Counted from the stretch's first letter, positions 17,789 to 27,671 are shown. The stretch is 50,855 nucleotides of DNA from a virus (IMGVR_UViG_3300033417_000013:1-50855); one strand, 5' to 3'. The notes: generated from the letters alone by a model not told the origin. Translations and numbers: made by a program.

Positions 17789-18031
17789 ATGGATAGCCAA
17801 ACACGTGAACCTGTTAATGCCATCTGGGACAGCGAGGCTGAGGCGTGGTACTGCCCGCAGTGCTATCACCCGCTCACTGAGGATGGCTTCTGGGAGGATG
17901 ATAACGGATCGTTCGTGCTGTGGGCCTGCAATGACTGCATGATTGAATTTGGTCGAAGGTGGGGTGATAACGGATCGCCAGTAGCGAATGCTGATGACAT
18001 CGCCCGTGACGCGCTGAAAGGCGGTGAATGA
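17789..18031 (+). CDS. Zn-ribbon protein (80 aa)
   Basis: YCPQCYHPL...ACNDCMIEF. Confidence 0.6.
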   Translation: MDSQTREPVNAIWDSEAEAWYCPQCYHPLTEDGFWEDDNGSFVLWACNDCMIEFGRRWGDNGSPVANADDIARDALKGGE

Positions 18032-18243
18032 TGTTGAAAACACTTGATCTAACCATAGAGGTTGATCTGACACTTTTCGATGACGGTCATGTGGAGTGGC
18101 AGATTCACGAATCGCCATTCTTTAGCAGCGGGAGTTTTTATCCTGGAGCGCAGGGTGCTATGGCACAGTACATCCTAAAACTGATGGCGACTAAGGCCGC
18201 CGAGTCCGCAGCCCCCGACACCGCGGCGGACAGCGAAAAGTAA
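18028..18243 (+). CDS. Hypothetical protein (71 aa)
   Basis: ATGA overlap. Confidence 0.55.
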   Translation: MMLKTLDLTIEVDLTLFDDGHVEWQIHESPFFSSGSFYPGAQGAMAQYILKLMATKAAESAAPDTAADSEK

Positions 18244-18290
18244 GCCCGTGCTGATGGCGACGGGTATAGGAGATGAGAGCATGTTTGTAG

Positions 18291-18319
18291 TTGGCAGATT
18301 AGAGCGTTTATGGTACAAT
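18291..18319 (+). promoter_or_regulatory. Promoter TTGGCA-17-(TGg)TACAAT
   Basis: -35 at 18291-18296; extended -10 at 18311-18319. Confidence 0.6.
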
Positions 18320-18410
18320 CAGGGGAGTGTTTTACCCCATACAAAAAGTGACCCCCGGTGGGTGCTGTCAACACCGCCGGAGGCCATTACGGACACGAAA
18401 GGAGCCTTCT

Positions 18411-18584
18411 ATGTCCGCTAAACCTATTATGCATGAATCGAACGATTCAGGCAAGACCCCGCAAGAACCAACTTCAGAATTCTACTGCACCTACTGCCGT
18501 GCCACGCGCGAGTGTATTACGTGCTGGCATGGTCGCATGTTGCGTGAAGCCGAAGCCAGCGATGGCGGGGGTTGCGATGAATAA
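18411..18584 (+). CDS. Small Zn-binding protein (57 aa)
   Basis: AAAGGAG upstream. CTYCRATRECITCWH. Confidence 0.55.
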   Translation: MSAKPIMHESNDSGKTPQEPTSEFYCTYCRATRECITCWHGRMLREAEASDGGGCDE

Positions 18585-18792
18585 CCAACACGATTCAGCA
18601 ACCCCGAACGAACCATTATCAAAAGAACACGTCCAACTGATCGCCGCTGCCTTCGGTTTGCCCGCCCCTGCGTGGGCGCAAGCTGAGGTGCATTTGATTG
18701 ACGCGGAGATTGACGCTGAAGCCGCAGCATGGCAACAAGCGGCGTGGGACGCGCTGACCGAAGCCAGCGATGGCGGGGAGGTGGAGGCATGA
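18577..18792 (+). CDS. Hypothetical acidic protein (71 aa)
   Basis: 8-nt overlap with the upstream gene. Confidence 0.5.
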   Translation: MNNQHDSATPNEPLSKEHVQLIAAAFGLPAPAWAQAEVHLIDAEIDAEAAAWQQAAWDALTEASDGGEVEA

Positions 18793-19400
18793 AAGCACCG
18801 AGCGAGAAACACCTGGAAGATTGGATCGTTGCGAATCCTGAGAAGACACTACCGAACTTCTGGTATGACGGCCACGACTTTCATGTACCTTTGATTTCAA
18901 CTATCTTGCGCCGCCAGCCCAACTTTTCTCACGGCAGACCGGACATTGTCTTCAAGTCACCTACCGCAGTCTGCGTTATGGAACTGAAGCGCGGGCCTAT
19001 CAAGGCTGATACGGTTACTCAATGCCTGCGCTACATGTATGACCTCCGGGATATTGGTTACAGCAGACACAACCAAGAATGGAATGTTGGAAAGCGCGAG
19101 CTACCTATTCCTGAAATTCAAAACCGCGCGGTTTTAGGTTTTGTTGTTGGAAACTCTATTCCAGACAGCAATCTATTATTGGCCTGTGAATTGATCGAAA
19201 TCACACCCATCCTCTATGAATACGATGGCGAGAACTACACCTTCACAACTTGCTATCGTAAGAACAATTCACATGATATGTCGTCTGTTGATTGGGCTGA
19301 CGGGGCGGTGGGTGATGCATTCTTAGATGCCATGTATGAACTCCGACGGCAGGAACAGGCGTGGCAAAAACTTAGAGATGAACGAGGATTGCAGTCATGA
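18789..19400 (+). CDS. PD-(D/E)XK nuclease (NucS/DUF91-like), putative
   Basis: EKHLEDWIVANPEK N-terminus and GRPDIVF...VCVMELKRG (D..E.K) motif. ATGA overlap. Confidence 0.55.
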   Translation: MKAPSEKHLEDWIVANPEKTLPNFWYDGHDFHVPLISTILRRQPNFSHGRPDIVFKSPTAVCVMELKRGPIKADTVTQCLRYMYDLRDIGYSRHNQEWNVGKRELPIPEIQNRAVLGFVVGNSIPDSNLLLACELIEITPILYEYDGENYTFTTCYRKNNSHDMSSVDWADGAVGDAFLDAMYELRRQEQAWQKLRDERGLQS

Positions 19401-20416
19401 GCCGATCCTATCTATCAGATAAGAAAATCCTTGTCGTCAGTAAGCCGTTAGCAAAGGCGCTGGGTGTTGCTATGAGCATCGTGCTACGCCGGGTTCAACA
19501 CTGGCTTGAACACAATGAGAATGATGAGGATAAGGCACTATCTCACTTCCATGACGGTCACTGGTGGACATTCAATGGTTATCAGAAATGGACTGATGAC
19601 ATTGAGATATACAGCAAATCGACAATCAAACGTCTGTTCACAGACCTTGAGAAGCTAGGACTGCTAATCTCTACCAGCAAATACAACAAGCGGAAGGGCG
19701 ATCAAACCAAGTGGTACACCATCAATTACGAGGCTTATGATGCCTTCATTGTCATGTGGAATCAGCATGGATGCCCACTGCACAAGGACGGCAAAAAGCC
19801 AAAAGAATACCAAGCCTTCATAGACCAATGGACTACAGTAGGTATACCCACTGTAGTACCACCAATAGACCACAGTGATACCACCAATAGACCACAGTGG
19901 GTACAGCAAGAGACTACTGTAGGCTCACCGTTACCAGAGAGTCCTTCAGATGTTTCTACAAATGGTTCTACAGAGAGTGAGATTCAATCAAAGATTTTGA
20001 CCGCTGAGGAAGCTAAGCGTTTTCTCTCCCTCCCCACCCATTTGCAGAATTTTGAACTTCGGAGCATGAACTCGCATCCAATCATTGATGGCTATTCTGA
20101 AGCACTTGGCACAACCTACATTGCCAGCGACAAAGATAAAATATCAGCAATTCGTGCGCAGATAGCTGGGTACACCAGGGATGATGCAAAAGAACTAACA
20201 GCATCCAAGATCAAAGACGGCAAGACGACTTATCCGTTTTCATGGATGATTACGGATTTAGCAACGACACGCAAACAACCCCCACCCGGTTCCGGCGCAC
20301 CCTCCCCCAACGGCGACCCACCCGATGCCACACCTGAAGAAATCGCGGGTCGGGTAGCCGCCCTGCGCAACGCCATCGAGAACCGGCGCGGCGCTAGCCA
20401 AAAGGACAGCGCATGA
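19397..20416 (+). CDS. Replication initiator / replisome organiser (wHTH), contains iterons
   Basis: Sits upstream of the DnaC-like loader. N-terminal wHTH-like region. Internal tandem DNA repeats at 19857-19899. Confidence 0.6.
   Translation: MSRSYLSDKKILVVSKPLAKALGVAMSIVLRRVQHWLEHNENDEDKALSHFHDGHWWTFNGYQKWTDDIEIYSKSTIKRLFTDLEKLGLLISTSKYNKRKGDQTKWYTINYEAYDAFIVMWNQHGCPLHKDGKKPKEYQAFIDQWTTVGIPTVVPPIDHSDTTNRPQWVQQETTVGSPLPESPSDVSTNGSTESEIQSKILTAEEAKRFLSLPTHLQNFELRSMNSHPIIDGYSEALGTTYIASDKDKISAIRAQIAGYTRDDAKELTASKIKDGKTTYPFSWMITDLATTRKQPPPGSGAPSPNGDPPDATPEEIAGRVAALRNAIENRRGASQKDSA
19857..19899. repeat. Tandem 21-nt iterons TACCACCAATAGACCACAGTG x2 (22-nt period), candidate origin
   Basis: Exact copies at 19857-19877 and 19879-19899, flanked by related CACTGTAGTA / ACTACAGTAGG / ACTACTGTAGG motifs. 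Confidence 0.6.
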
Positions 20417-21354
20417 CCAGCTTACGCGATGCACTGAATGCGGTACTGAAAGCCAGCGACAAGGTAATCGACTTTGAACAGGCCGCTGCAACGGTGGGGC
20501 AGTCACCCCCGGCGCGGGAAGTCGAATGCACGATCTGCAACGGCGCGGGGTTCGTGGTTAACGGCGCATACGACCCGAACACCATGCACTACAGCGAAAC
20601 AACGGTACGCTGCCCTGATCCTGATTGTCCAGTCGTCAAGCGCAATCTCAAGGCGCGATACGACACCCTGATTGCCAAAGCGCCGCTGCCTGCGGAGTAT
20701 GCCAACTTCGACTTTCAGGACTGGTATCGGCTTTCCGAACGTCAACCGGACATGTGCCGGGGCAAATGGTTAGGGATTGGCGCGGCAATGGTCTTTGCTC
20801 ACAGTTCCGAGGTGGGGCATTGGTTCCGACTACAAGAGGCTTACGCGATGGTCGATGTAGATCAGCCCGCGCCAAACGAATTCAGTAAAAACAGCCTGCT
20901 CCTGGCAGGGAAGCCCGGTGTTGGTAAGACCTCACTGGCAGCTTGTATCGTCAACGATCTGCGCACGAAGGAAATCCCGGCGCTGTACGAACGGGTATCC
21001 AACATCCTGGATGCACTTAAAGAGCCATTCAATCACGGCAATGATCGTGAATACGATTACGGCGAAACCGAGCAGAAGATTCTCAACACGTTCAAATACG
21101 CGCCGGTGTTGGTCATGGATGAATTCAACCTTGCCCGCGCCAGCGATTACAGCCGCCAGCGCCTTGAGGACATTGTGAGGCATCGTTACGCGCACCAACT
21201 ACCGACGGTGATGACTACCAACCTCACCAGCTTTGACGAATTCAACGAGCATTGGGGGGATCGTGTCGGTCATGCGGTAGAGGGTATGGCGCATTGGATC
21301 GTGATGAGTGGGGCCGAACTGCGCAGACGCGGCGGCCCGGTGGAGTCAATCTGA
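20413..21354 (+). CDS. DnaC/IstB-like AAA+ helicase loader
   Basis: Walker A GKPGVGKTSL, Walker B VLVMDEF. N-terminal CTICNG...CPDPDC zinc module. Confidence 0.8.
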   Translation: MTSLRDALNAVLKASDKVIDFEQAAATVGQSPPAREVECTICNGAGFVVNGAYDPNTMHYSETTVRCPDPDCPVVKRNLKARYDTLIAKAPLPAEYANFDFQDWYRLSERQPDMCRGKWLGIGAAMVFAHSSEVGHWFRLQEAYAMVDVDQPAPNEFSKNSLLLAGKPGVGKTSLAACIVNDLRTKEIPALYERVSNILDALKEPFNHGNDREYDYGETEQKILNTFKYAPVLVMDEFNLARASDYSRQRLEDIVRHRYAHQLPTVMTTNLTSFDEFNEHWGDRVGHAVEGMAHWIVMSGAELRRRGGPVESI

Positions 21355-21683
21355 TGAAACTTACGGACCAACATCACGACTGGATACGTCACAGCATCAG
21401 CCTGACCGCCGCGCTGGTGAACATGAACTCACAGGCGCGGGATGCGCTGTACACCCCGCCACAGCAAGCGTTGCAAGCGGCGCTGTTGGATGCCAAGCGC
21501 GAAACGTACAGCCTCATGCGCGGCAACCTGACCATGACCCCGTATCAGCAGCGGGTAGCGGCTTACCTGATGGCCTATGCCGACGCGCATATCTATTTTC
21601 AGATCGACGGTGACGAATTTCCAGGCGCGATGAACAGCGCCCGGTTACGCCTGCACCAGCGGGCGAAAGGAGCGGCTGCATGA
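21354..21683 (+). CDS. Hypothetical protein (109 aa)
   Basis: TGATG coupling. Confidence 0.55.
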   Translation: MKLTDQHHDWIRHSISLTAALVNMNSQARDALYTPPQQALQAALLDAKRETYSLMRGNLTMTPYQQRVAAYLMAYADAHIYFQIDGDEFPGAMNSARLRLHQRAKGAAA

Positions 21684-21886
21684 CCACATTCGCCACACGC
21701 TTGCGCAGCGCCCGTAATGAGCGCGGACTCACGCAGGTTCAACTTATCGCCGCCATCGGCGCATACCACAAGGACACCATCTCGCGCTACGAACACAGCA
21801 CCCTCACCCCGCAGTTGCACACGTTCACCAGACTGTGCGACGCGCTGGGGGTTAGCGCGGATTGGCTCCTGGGGAGGGACGGATGA
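21680..21886 (+). CDS. XRE/Cro-type HTH protein (68 aa)
   Basis: RLRSARNERGLTQVQLIAAIG...ISRYEH. Confidence 0.75.
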   Translation: MTTFATRLRSARNERGLTQVQLIAAIGAYHKDTISRYEHSTLTPQLHTFTRLCDALGVSADWLLGRDG

Positions 21887-22263
21887 CTCGCACAGGCCGC
21901 GTCCTCAACGAGACACCGAATTATGACCGCTACCGGTTGGATGATCACATCACCGCGCCGCGCCGAACCTGGCACGAGTTGGGCTTGCCCCGCACACGCG
22001 CACCCAAGACCCAGACGGAAGTCGAGCAGCTAGAGGGGCGGTGTGAACATCGGGAACGTCCCAAGCGGCGGGCGGATAGGAAATATGCCAATGTCTACCT
22101 TGACGGTGCAAAGTGGGTATTCGCATTCCAGTGCGATAACGTCACACACCGGCAAAGCGGATTTATCACCGAAGACGAGGCGGCGCGGGGCTACAACGAC
22201 TATGTGTGCCAGCGCGGGATAGCGCGGAAGCTATTGAGTGTTACGACAGAGGGGGCGGCATGA
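21883..22263 (+). CDS. AP2-domain DNA-binding protein
   Basis: YANVYLDGAKWVFAFQCDNVTHRQSGFITEDEAARGYNDYV matches the AP2 fold pattern. Confidence 0.6.
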   Translation: MTRTGRVLNETPNYDRYRLDDHITAPRRTWHELGLPRTRAPKTQTEVEQLEGRCEHRERPKRRADRKYANVYLDGAKWVFAFQCDNVTHRQSGFITEDEAARGYNDYVCQRGIARKLLSVTTEGAA

Positions 22264-22574
22264 GCGACCATCTTATTCGTATCAACGACTTTCGTTTGGA
22301 GGTATGGGAGACCAACAAAGGCCATTCGCTGGGGTTGTTCAAGTGGCGTGTCTCAAGATTAGTACGCGACCTCGAAACGTGGGTCACTGTCGATAAATAC
22401 ACACGGTACTTGACGTATGACCAAGCGTTGCGCGAGGGTGAGGCCGCGCTCAAGAACGCGCGTGAGGCGCTATGGTGTCCAGATTGCATCACCGTCTTAG
22501 AGCCTTTCCACCGCTGGAATAAGCCGCCAAAGTTCAAGTGTCCAACCTGTGGCTATGCGGAGTACCCATCGTGA
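22260..22574 (+). CDS. Zn-ribbon protein (104 aa)
   Basis: WCPDCITV...KCPTCGY. ATGA overlap. Confidence 0.6.
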   Translation: MSDHLIRINDFRLEVWETNKGHSLGLFKWRVSRLVRDLETWVTVDKYTRYLTYDQALREGEAALKNAREALWCPDCITVLEPFHRWNKPPKFKCPTCGYAEYPS

Positions 22575-23245
22575 TGACCCGCATCCCGCAACATATCTGG
22601 CTGCAAGTCGACAGCCTGCCCGCCACGTTTGCCGCCGTGTGGGTAGACAAGGTGGGGCGCGTGTTCGTGCTGTACCACTGGCGCGTTCTGTGGGCGGCGC
22701 TGGGCTGGGTGATCGCCGAGGCGCTGGCGTGGCTGGAATGCTGGGTGACGGTGTGTGCAAGTCAACATCAACAATGCTCGCCGCTGTTATCTGGTGATGG
22801 TTACTGGCTTGGCACATACGATGGTGATCCCCGTGCGTTTGCGCTGTACAGTCGCCACTACTCATTCCGGTCCCGAACAGGCCAACGCAATCGCTATCTC
22901 ATTGGCGGGCCGGGTGAAAAAATGGTGTTGCTGACATACCAGTGCAACGCGCTGTTTGTCTGGCGGAAATTCATTGATGCCAGCGGACAGCAAGGCATCA
23001 ATTGTGCGGTGTTTCGCAATGAGTCCGGTATTCAGGCCAGCGCACTAATCCTAGAAGCAATGGATATGGCGTGGCGACGCTGGCCCGGTGAGCGCCTGTA
23101 CACGTATGTCAACGCCAAAGCGATACAATCCAGTAATCCGGGATATTGTTATCAGATGGCTGGGTGGCGCAAGTGCGGTATCACAAAGGGCGGGTTAGTG
23201 ATATTGGAATGCTTGCCACAAACAAACGCGAGGGTAGCCGCGTGA
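22574..23245 (+). CDS. Hypothetical protein with hydrophobic N-terminal segments; C-terminal FRNE...NPGYCYQMAGW domain
   Basis: TGATG coupling. The C-terminal pattern may be a small acyltransferase-like fold (weak inference). Confidence 0.5.
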   Translation: MTRIPQHIWLQVDSLPATFAAVWVDKVGRVFVLYHWRVLWAALGWVIAEALAWLECWVTVCASQHQQCSPLLSGDGYWLGTYDGDPRAFALYSRHYSFRSRTGQRNRYLIGGPGEKMVLLTYQCNALFVWRKFIDASGQQGINCAVFRNESGIQASALILEAMDMAWRRWPGERLYTYVNAKAIQSSNPGYCYQMAGWRKCGITKGGLVILECLPQTNARVAA

Positions 23246-23353
23246 CGCTGGAACGGGCGCGGGGCAGGGGATGGCAGACGGGGCCGCGCCAGTTGCGGCT
23301 GATTGCGTGATGAGTTCGAATAAAACCGATTCTAAACCTTGAAAGGAATTGAG

Positions 23354-23686
23354 ATGCAAACAACAGCCGATAGATTGACAATGGCTCAAGACAATAACGA
23401 CAGCATTAAAGCCTACTTCCGAATTCGCAAAATGTATGGAAGTTTGAGCTACCACCAGGGACAACGGCTTCAAAGATTGTTGGAGACGCGCAAATTGTAT
23501 CGCAGTGATGAACCGATGAAAGTCTGGGTTATCAAGGATGCCTATGGAGAGTTCAACATGGTATGTCTTGAGGATGATTTCAACGACTACATGAGTGAGT
23601 ACCACAGTGAGGATACGCCGGTAAAATGGCACAATGAAACCATGACCGGGCGAGAGTTTGGGAACCTTGAGTTTTACGACATCTGA
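23354..23686 (+). CDS. Hypothetical protein (110 aa)
   Basis: GAAAGGA upstream. AT-richer. The antisense 290-aa ORF was rejected. Confidence 0.55.
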   Translation: MQTTADRLTMAQDNNDSIKAYFRIRKMYGSLSYHQGQRLQRLLETRKLYRSDEPMKVWVIKDAYGEFNMVCLEDDFNDYMSEYHSEDTPVKWHNETMTGREFGNLEFYDI

Positions 23687-23719
23687 TTTTGACCGTTCCA
23701 GGCAACGAAAGGACGCACG

Positions 23720-24178
23720 ATGACAACACCCAACGAACTTGAGGCGATCCGGCAGCGACGCGAGCGGCAAATCGAAGCGCGTGAATGGCTTAATCAGGTT
23801 GAGGCTGATGCTAACTATCATCCAACCGGACAGGAAGCTGCAAACCATTTTATGTCTGCGGAAGTTAAGTGGTCTGGCGAACACATCGACACACTGCTGG
23901 CGCATATCGAACGCCTGGAATTCATGTACACCAGCAAAGAACCGGGAACGCAAGGCGCAATGCTGGATGCGTACCATAAGATCGCGGAGGGGTTGCCGGG
24001 ATACAACCCGGTTGATTCTAGCAAGACGGGCGTTGATGTGATACGCGAGCATATCGAACGCCTGCAAGCCATCGAAGCGGCGGCGGCGGACGTACTGGTG
24101 GCGGCAGACTATTACGATGCTGTTGAGACGAGTAAGGCGATGAACGCGCTGCGAGAGGCGGTGGGGCGGGATGGATAA
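23720..24178 (+). CDS. Hypothetical protein (152 aa)
   Basis: AAAGGA upstream. Helical acidic protein. Confidence 0.6.
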   Translation: MTTPNELEAIRQRRERQIEAREWLNQVEADANYHPTGQEAANHFMSAEVKWSGEHIDTLLAHIERLEFMYTSKEPGTQGAMLDAYHKIAEGLPGYNPVDSSKTGVDVIREHIERLQAIEAAAADVLVAADYYDAVETSKAMNALREAVGRDG

Positions 24179-24365
24179 ACAAGCTGAAATTCGTCAAGAG
24201 GCGGCGCGGATAAAACAGGAAATCAAAAGCCTGGAAAATCAGATTGAAATACTTCAGCTTCAGTTGAAGCACCTACGAGCCACCTGTGACCATCCAAACC
24301 AATATCGGCACAACTCATGGGGTGAAGTGGGTATGTATTGCCCCGATTGCGGACGGCAGACTTGA
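24171..24365 (+). CDS. Coiled-coil + Zn-ribbon protein (64 aa)
   Basis: 8-nt overlap. CDHPN...YCPDCG. Confidence 0.55.
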   Translation: MDKQAEIRQEAARIKQEIKSLENQIEILQLQLKHLRATCDHPNQYRHNSWGEVGMYCPDCGRQT

Positions 24366-24565
24366 GGCGCGAATGAGGCGGTGGGGCGGGGCGGGTGAGG
24401 GGGATGCTGCAAAAATTCCTGCCCCGTATCAGGCATACCCCAAAATGCGCCCAAATACCGCCCGTAGCGCGTTGAATGGAAGCACCATGCCGGATACCAC
24501 GTTGGGGCATATAAACGCACCGTGACGGGGATTTTCGATATTTATAAAAGTGTACATGAAAATAC

Positions 24566-24594
24566 TTGACAGTAACGCTAGAGTGTGGTTTAAT
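24566..24594 (+). promoter_or_regulatory. Promoter TTGACA-17-TTTAAT with flanking CGCTAGAGT direct repeats
   Basis: -35 at 24566-24571, -10 at 24589-24594. CGCTAGAGT at 24576-24584 and 24603-24611. Confidence 0.55.
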
Positions 24595-24626
24595 AGGTGT
24601 ATCGCTAGAGTTACTAAGGATACAAA

Positions 24627-25529
24627 ATGGCTACTCAAACACAAGGCATTCAACTTGCAATCATCAGCGACGCGCCAGATGGTTATGGCATTGACCGACT
24701 AATCGACAAACGTCTGATACCGTTCAAGGCCGCTGCCAGCTACGCGGTGAAAGTGGTCACTGACCCCGCTAACTATAAGTTCACCGGACACGGCAAGCCA
24801 ATGTGGAAGCACAGTATTGAGATTATAGATGCCTCGCACTATCAAGTTGCCAAGATGCAATTATTTGGTGAAACGCAGTGGGACACGGTTATTGAACATA
24901 CCAGTATCTACCCCGCAGTGCAGTATGTCCTGGCATCCATTCGCAATGCGGTATCTGAAGTGACTGCGCTTGCCAATCAGGAGATGGCACCCACTGAGAT
25001 TGAAAATGAACTTGGCTTAAATCCCGGTGTTGTGCGGAAATACATTCATGACCACCGCGAAAAACTTGAGGCAGACCGCATCATCCGACATGCGGATAAA
25101 CGCACGGTTCTTATGCGGCGCGGCTTCGTATTGGCACGGTGGGGCAGACAGGGCGAAAAGCGGGTTGAGGATGTGCCGGAATTTACCCGCCTTATGAGCA
25201 ACCTAAGTGAGATGAAACCGCATGTTTGGGAGCAATTGGAGGCTTTAGACTTTGGTGAAGAACCTCGAACCAAAACCGCATTCGCAGATTACTACCGCAC
25301 AAAATCAATTCGCCTTGATGCTTTTGGCGCTGCAATCGAGAAGGTTGTGCCACGCTCTGAAAAAGAGGCTGCGTACTATCGGGTTGAAACATGGAATATT
25401 GACAGTCCGGTTCGTGAACACGATCTGACCATCCATAAGGTTAAAGATCGTATTGCCGCAGATTACGACGTTCGCATGTATCTACTAGGTCGCAAACTCA
25501 AGGCCCTGGTCTCCTACGGGGTTCGCTGA
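24627..25529 (+). CDS. Hypothetical protein with central HTH-like segment (300 aa)
   Basis: First gene after the promoter. MAPTEIENELGLNPGVVRKYI. Confidence 0.65.
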   Translation: MATQTQGIQLAIISDAPDGYGIDRLIDKRLIPFKAAASYAVKVVTDPANYKFTGHGKPMWKHSIEIIDASHYQVAKMQLFGETQWDTVIEHTSIYPAVQYVLASIRNAVSEVTALANQEMAPTEIENELGLNPGVVRKYIHDHREKLEADRIIRHADKRTVLMRRGFVLARWGRQGEKRVEDVPEFTRLMSNLSEMKPHVWEQLEALDFGEEPRTKTAFADYYRTKSIRLDAFGAAIEKVVPRSEKEAAYYRVETWNIDSPVREHDLTIHKVKDRIAADYDVRMYLLGRKLKALVSYGVR

Positions 25530-25873
25530 TGTATGGAGTGATCGGTATCCGTCTGATTATCGGTTCCAGTCGCTGGCCGAGTCGCCCTAAGCCATGGGTT
25601 GCTCGGCTTACCAGACTAGATGATCATTACGGGTTTGCTAGAGAGTTCATCCGAGCCACCTACGATTACACCCACGCCAGCAAAGCTAACGGCAAAGGTA
25701 CACGTATGTATTTCGCCATGCCGCCGGGGGTGTATGAGGGTTGTTGGCCTATCTCGTGGAAGCATGAACACAGAGGTTTTTGGCAAGTGGATGAACAAGG
25801 CAATATCTACGACATCACCAGAGAGGAGGTAATCGAATGCCTGAAAAAGTCGGTCTCGGAATCAGTGTCCTAG
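25529..25873 (+). CDS. Hypothetical protein (114 aa)
   Basis: TGATG coupling. Confidence 0.6.
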   Translation: MYGVIGIRLIIGSSRWPSRPKPWVARLTRLDDHYGFAREFIRATYDYTHASKANGKGTRMYFAMPPGVYEGCWPISWKHEHRGFWQVDEQGNIYDITREEVIECLKKSVSESVS

Positions 25874-27072
25874 AAGCCGCACAGCAGCGCATTACGGAGA
25901 TATTCGACATCTTCCCGCGCATTCTGGTGTCTTTCAGCGGCGGCAAAGACAGCACGGTCATGTTACATCTGGTCATGCAGGAAGCGCAGCGGCGCAACCG
26001 TAAGGCGGGTGTGCTGTGCGTTGACCTCGAAGGACAGTACAAGCTCACCATAGATCATATCCAGCGGTGTTACGACCTGTACGCTGACCACATTGAACCG
26101 TACTGGATATGTTTACCGATTGCCTTGCGTAATGCCGTGTCCAACTACGAGCCAAAATGGACATGCTGGGAACCGGGGCGCGAAAATGACTGGATACGCC
26201 AACCGCCGGACATGGCGATTACCGATCATGAGACACTTCCGTTTTATCGCTACTATCAGGGGCGAGCGATGGAGTTTGAGGAATTTGTACCGAAGTTTGG
26301 GGATTGGTACGCACAGGGCAAACTCACTGCCACGTTCGTGGGTATCCGCACGGGCGAAAGTCTTAACCGCTGGCGCACAATCGCGGGACACGGACAAAAG
26401 TTCGAGGGGCGCAATTGGACAAACCATGTCATGAAAAGCACCTGGAATGTTTACCCGATTTACGACTGGCACACGAATGACATTTGGACGTACCACGCCA
26501 AAACGAACCTGCCCTACAACCGACTGTATGACCGGATGCACCAGGCCGGGTTATCTGTTCACCAGATGCGAATCTGCCAACCCTATGGTGACGACCAGCG
26601 TAAGGGGTTGTGGCTGTTCCAGATTATCGAACCGGAGACATGGGCGCGGATTGTGGCACGGGTGAACGGCGCTAATCAGGGCGCGTTGTATGCCAACGAG
26701 TCCGGCAACATTCTAGGCCGTATCAAGATCGTCAAACCAGAAGGTCATACATGGGAATCGTTTGCTCACCTACTGCTGAACAGTATGCCGGAGAAAACCA
26801 GCGAACACTACAAGAATAAAATCGCCACATTCATCGCATGGTATCGTGACTTGGGGTATCCCGATGGTATCCCGGATAAGATGCCATCCGACCTCGAAGC
26901 GGCACGGCAAGCACCAAGCTGGCGGCGTATTTGCAAGACGCTCCTGCGTAATGACTACTGGTGCAAGGGATTGGGTTTCTCACAGCAGACAGGAACCGCA
27001 CACACACAATACAAGCAACTCATGGCGAAACGGAGGAACGAATGGGGTATCTTTCCGCTCTCAACCGACTGA
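25837..27072 (+). CDS. PAPS-reductase-like PP-loop protein with long C-terminal extension (IbrA/YbdN-like)
   Basis: PP-loop VSFSGGKDSTVM. 411 aa. GAGGAGG upstream. Paired with the ParB-like gene. Confidence 0.8.
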   Translation: MPEKVGLGISVLEAAQQRITEIFDIFPRILVSFSGGKDSTVMLHLVMQEAQRRNRKAGVLCVDLEGQYKLTIDHIQRCYDLYADHIEPYWICLPIALRNAVSNYEPKWTCWEPGRENDWIRQPPDMAITDHETLPFYRYYQGRAMEFEEFVPKFGDWYAQGKLTATFVGIRTGESLNRWRTIAGHGQKFEGRNWTNHVMKSTWNVYPIYDWHTNDIWTYHAKTNLPYNRLYDRMHQAGLSVHQMRICQPYGDDQRKGLWLFQIIEPETWARIVARVNGANQGALYANESGNILGRIKIVKPEGHTWESFAHLLLNSMPEKTSEHYKNKIATFIAWYRDLGYPDGIPDKMPSDLEAARQAPSWRRICKTLLRNDYWCKGLGFSQQTGTAHTQYKQLMAKRRNEWGIFPLSTD

Positions 27073-27671
27073 TAGACGAATTACAGCAACTTGATGACTG
27101 CGAACGCATTGAGGCGATTAATCAGGCAAAGCTGGCATTGCACGAAGTGTCGCCTATGCGTGATGAACCTGTAGACTGCGTACTGTGGGTGCTGGCGGAT
27201 ACCGTGCAAGCCAATGACTACAATCCAAATGTTGTAGCCCCGCCGGAAATGAAGTTATTGAAACACAGTATCGAGGCCGATGGTTTCACGCAGCCGATTG
27301 TCACATATCCAATTAACGGACACCGTGAGGTGATTGATGGTTTTCACCGCAATCGCGTTGGCAAAGAGGTCAAGGCGATCAAAAAACGGTTGCGCGGGTA
27401 TCTGCCGGTAACAACCATCCGGGCAGATCGTGAGGATCGTGAGAACCGGATTGCATCGACTATCCGCCACAATCGGGCACGGGGCAAACATACGGTGGAT
27501 AACATGTCTGAGATCGTGGTGGAACTATCCCGCCGTAACTGGACAGATGCGAAAATCGCGCGGGAACTTGGCATGGAATCCGATGAAGTTCTCAGGCTCA
27601 AACAGATCAGCGGCCTGGCTGAATTATTCGCAGACCGTGAATTTTCCCAAGCGTGGGAGATAGCACAATGA
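27042..27671 (+). CDS. ParB/Srx-like nuclease-domain protein (IbrB/YbdM-like)
   Basis: VIDGFHRNRVG and RHNRARGKH motifs. GGAGG 5 nt before ATG 27042. Overlaps the 3' end of the upstream gene. Confidence 0.75.
   Translation: MGYLSALNRLIDELQQLDDCERIEAINQAKLALHEVSPMRDEPVDCVLWVLADTVQANDYNPNVVAPPEMKLLKHSIEADGFTQPIVTYPINGHREVIDGFHRNRVGKEVKAIKKRLRGYLPVTTIRADREDRENRIASTIRHNRARGKHTVDNMSEIVVELSRRNWTDAKIARELGMESDEVLRLKQISGLAELFADREFSQAWEIAQ

Noticed and set aside
23195-24067. 290-aa minus-strand ORF
   Set aside because: It overlaps two plus-strand genes (23354-23686, 23720-24178) that have good SDs and protein-like composition. The minus product is Arg/Phe/Cys/His-rich and would run against the operon.
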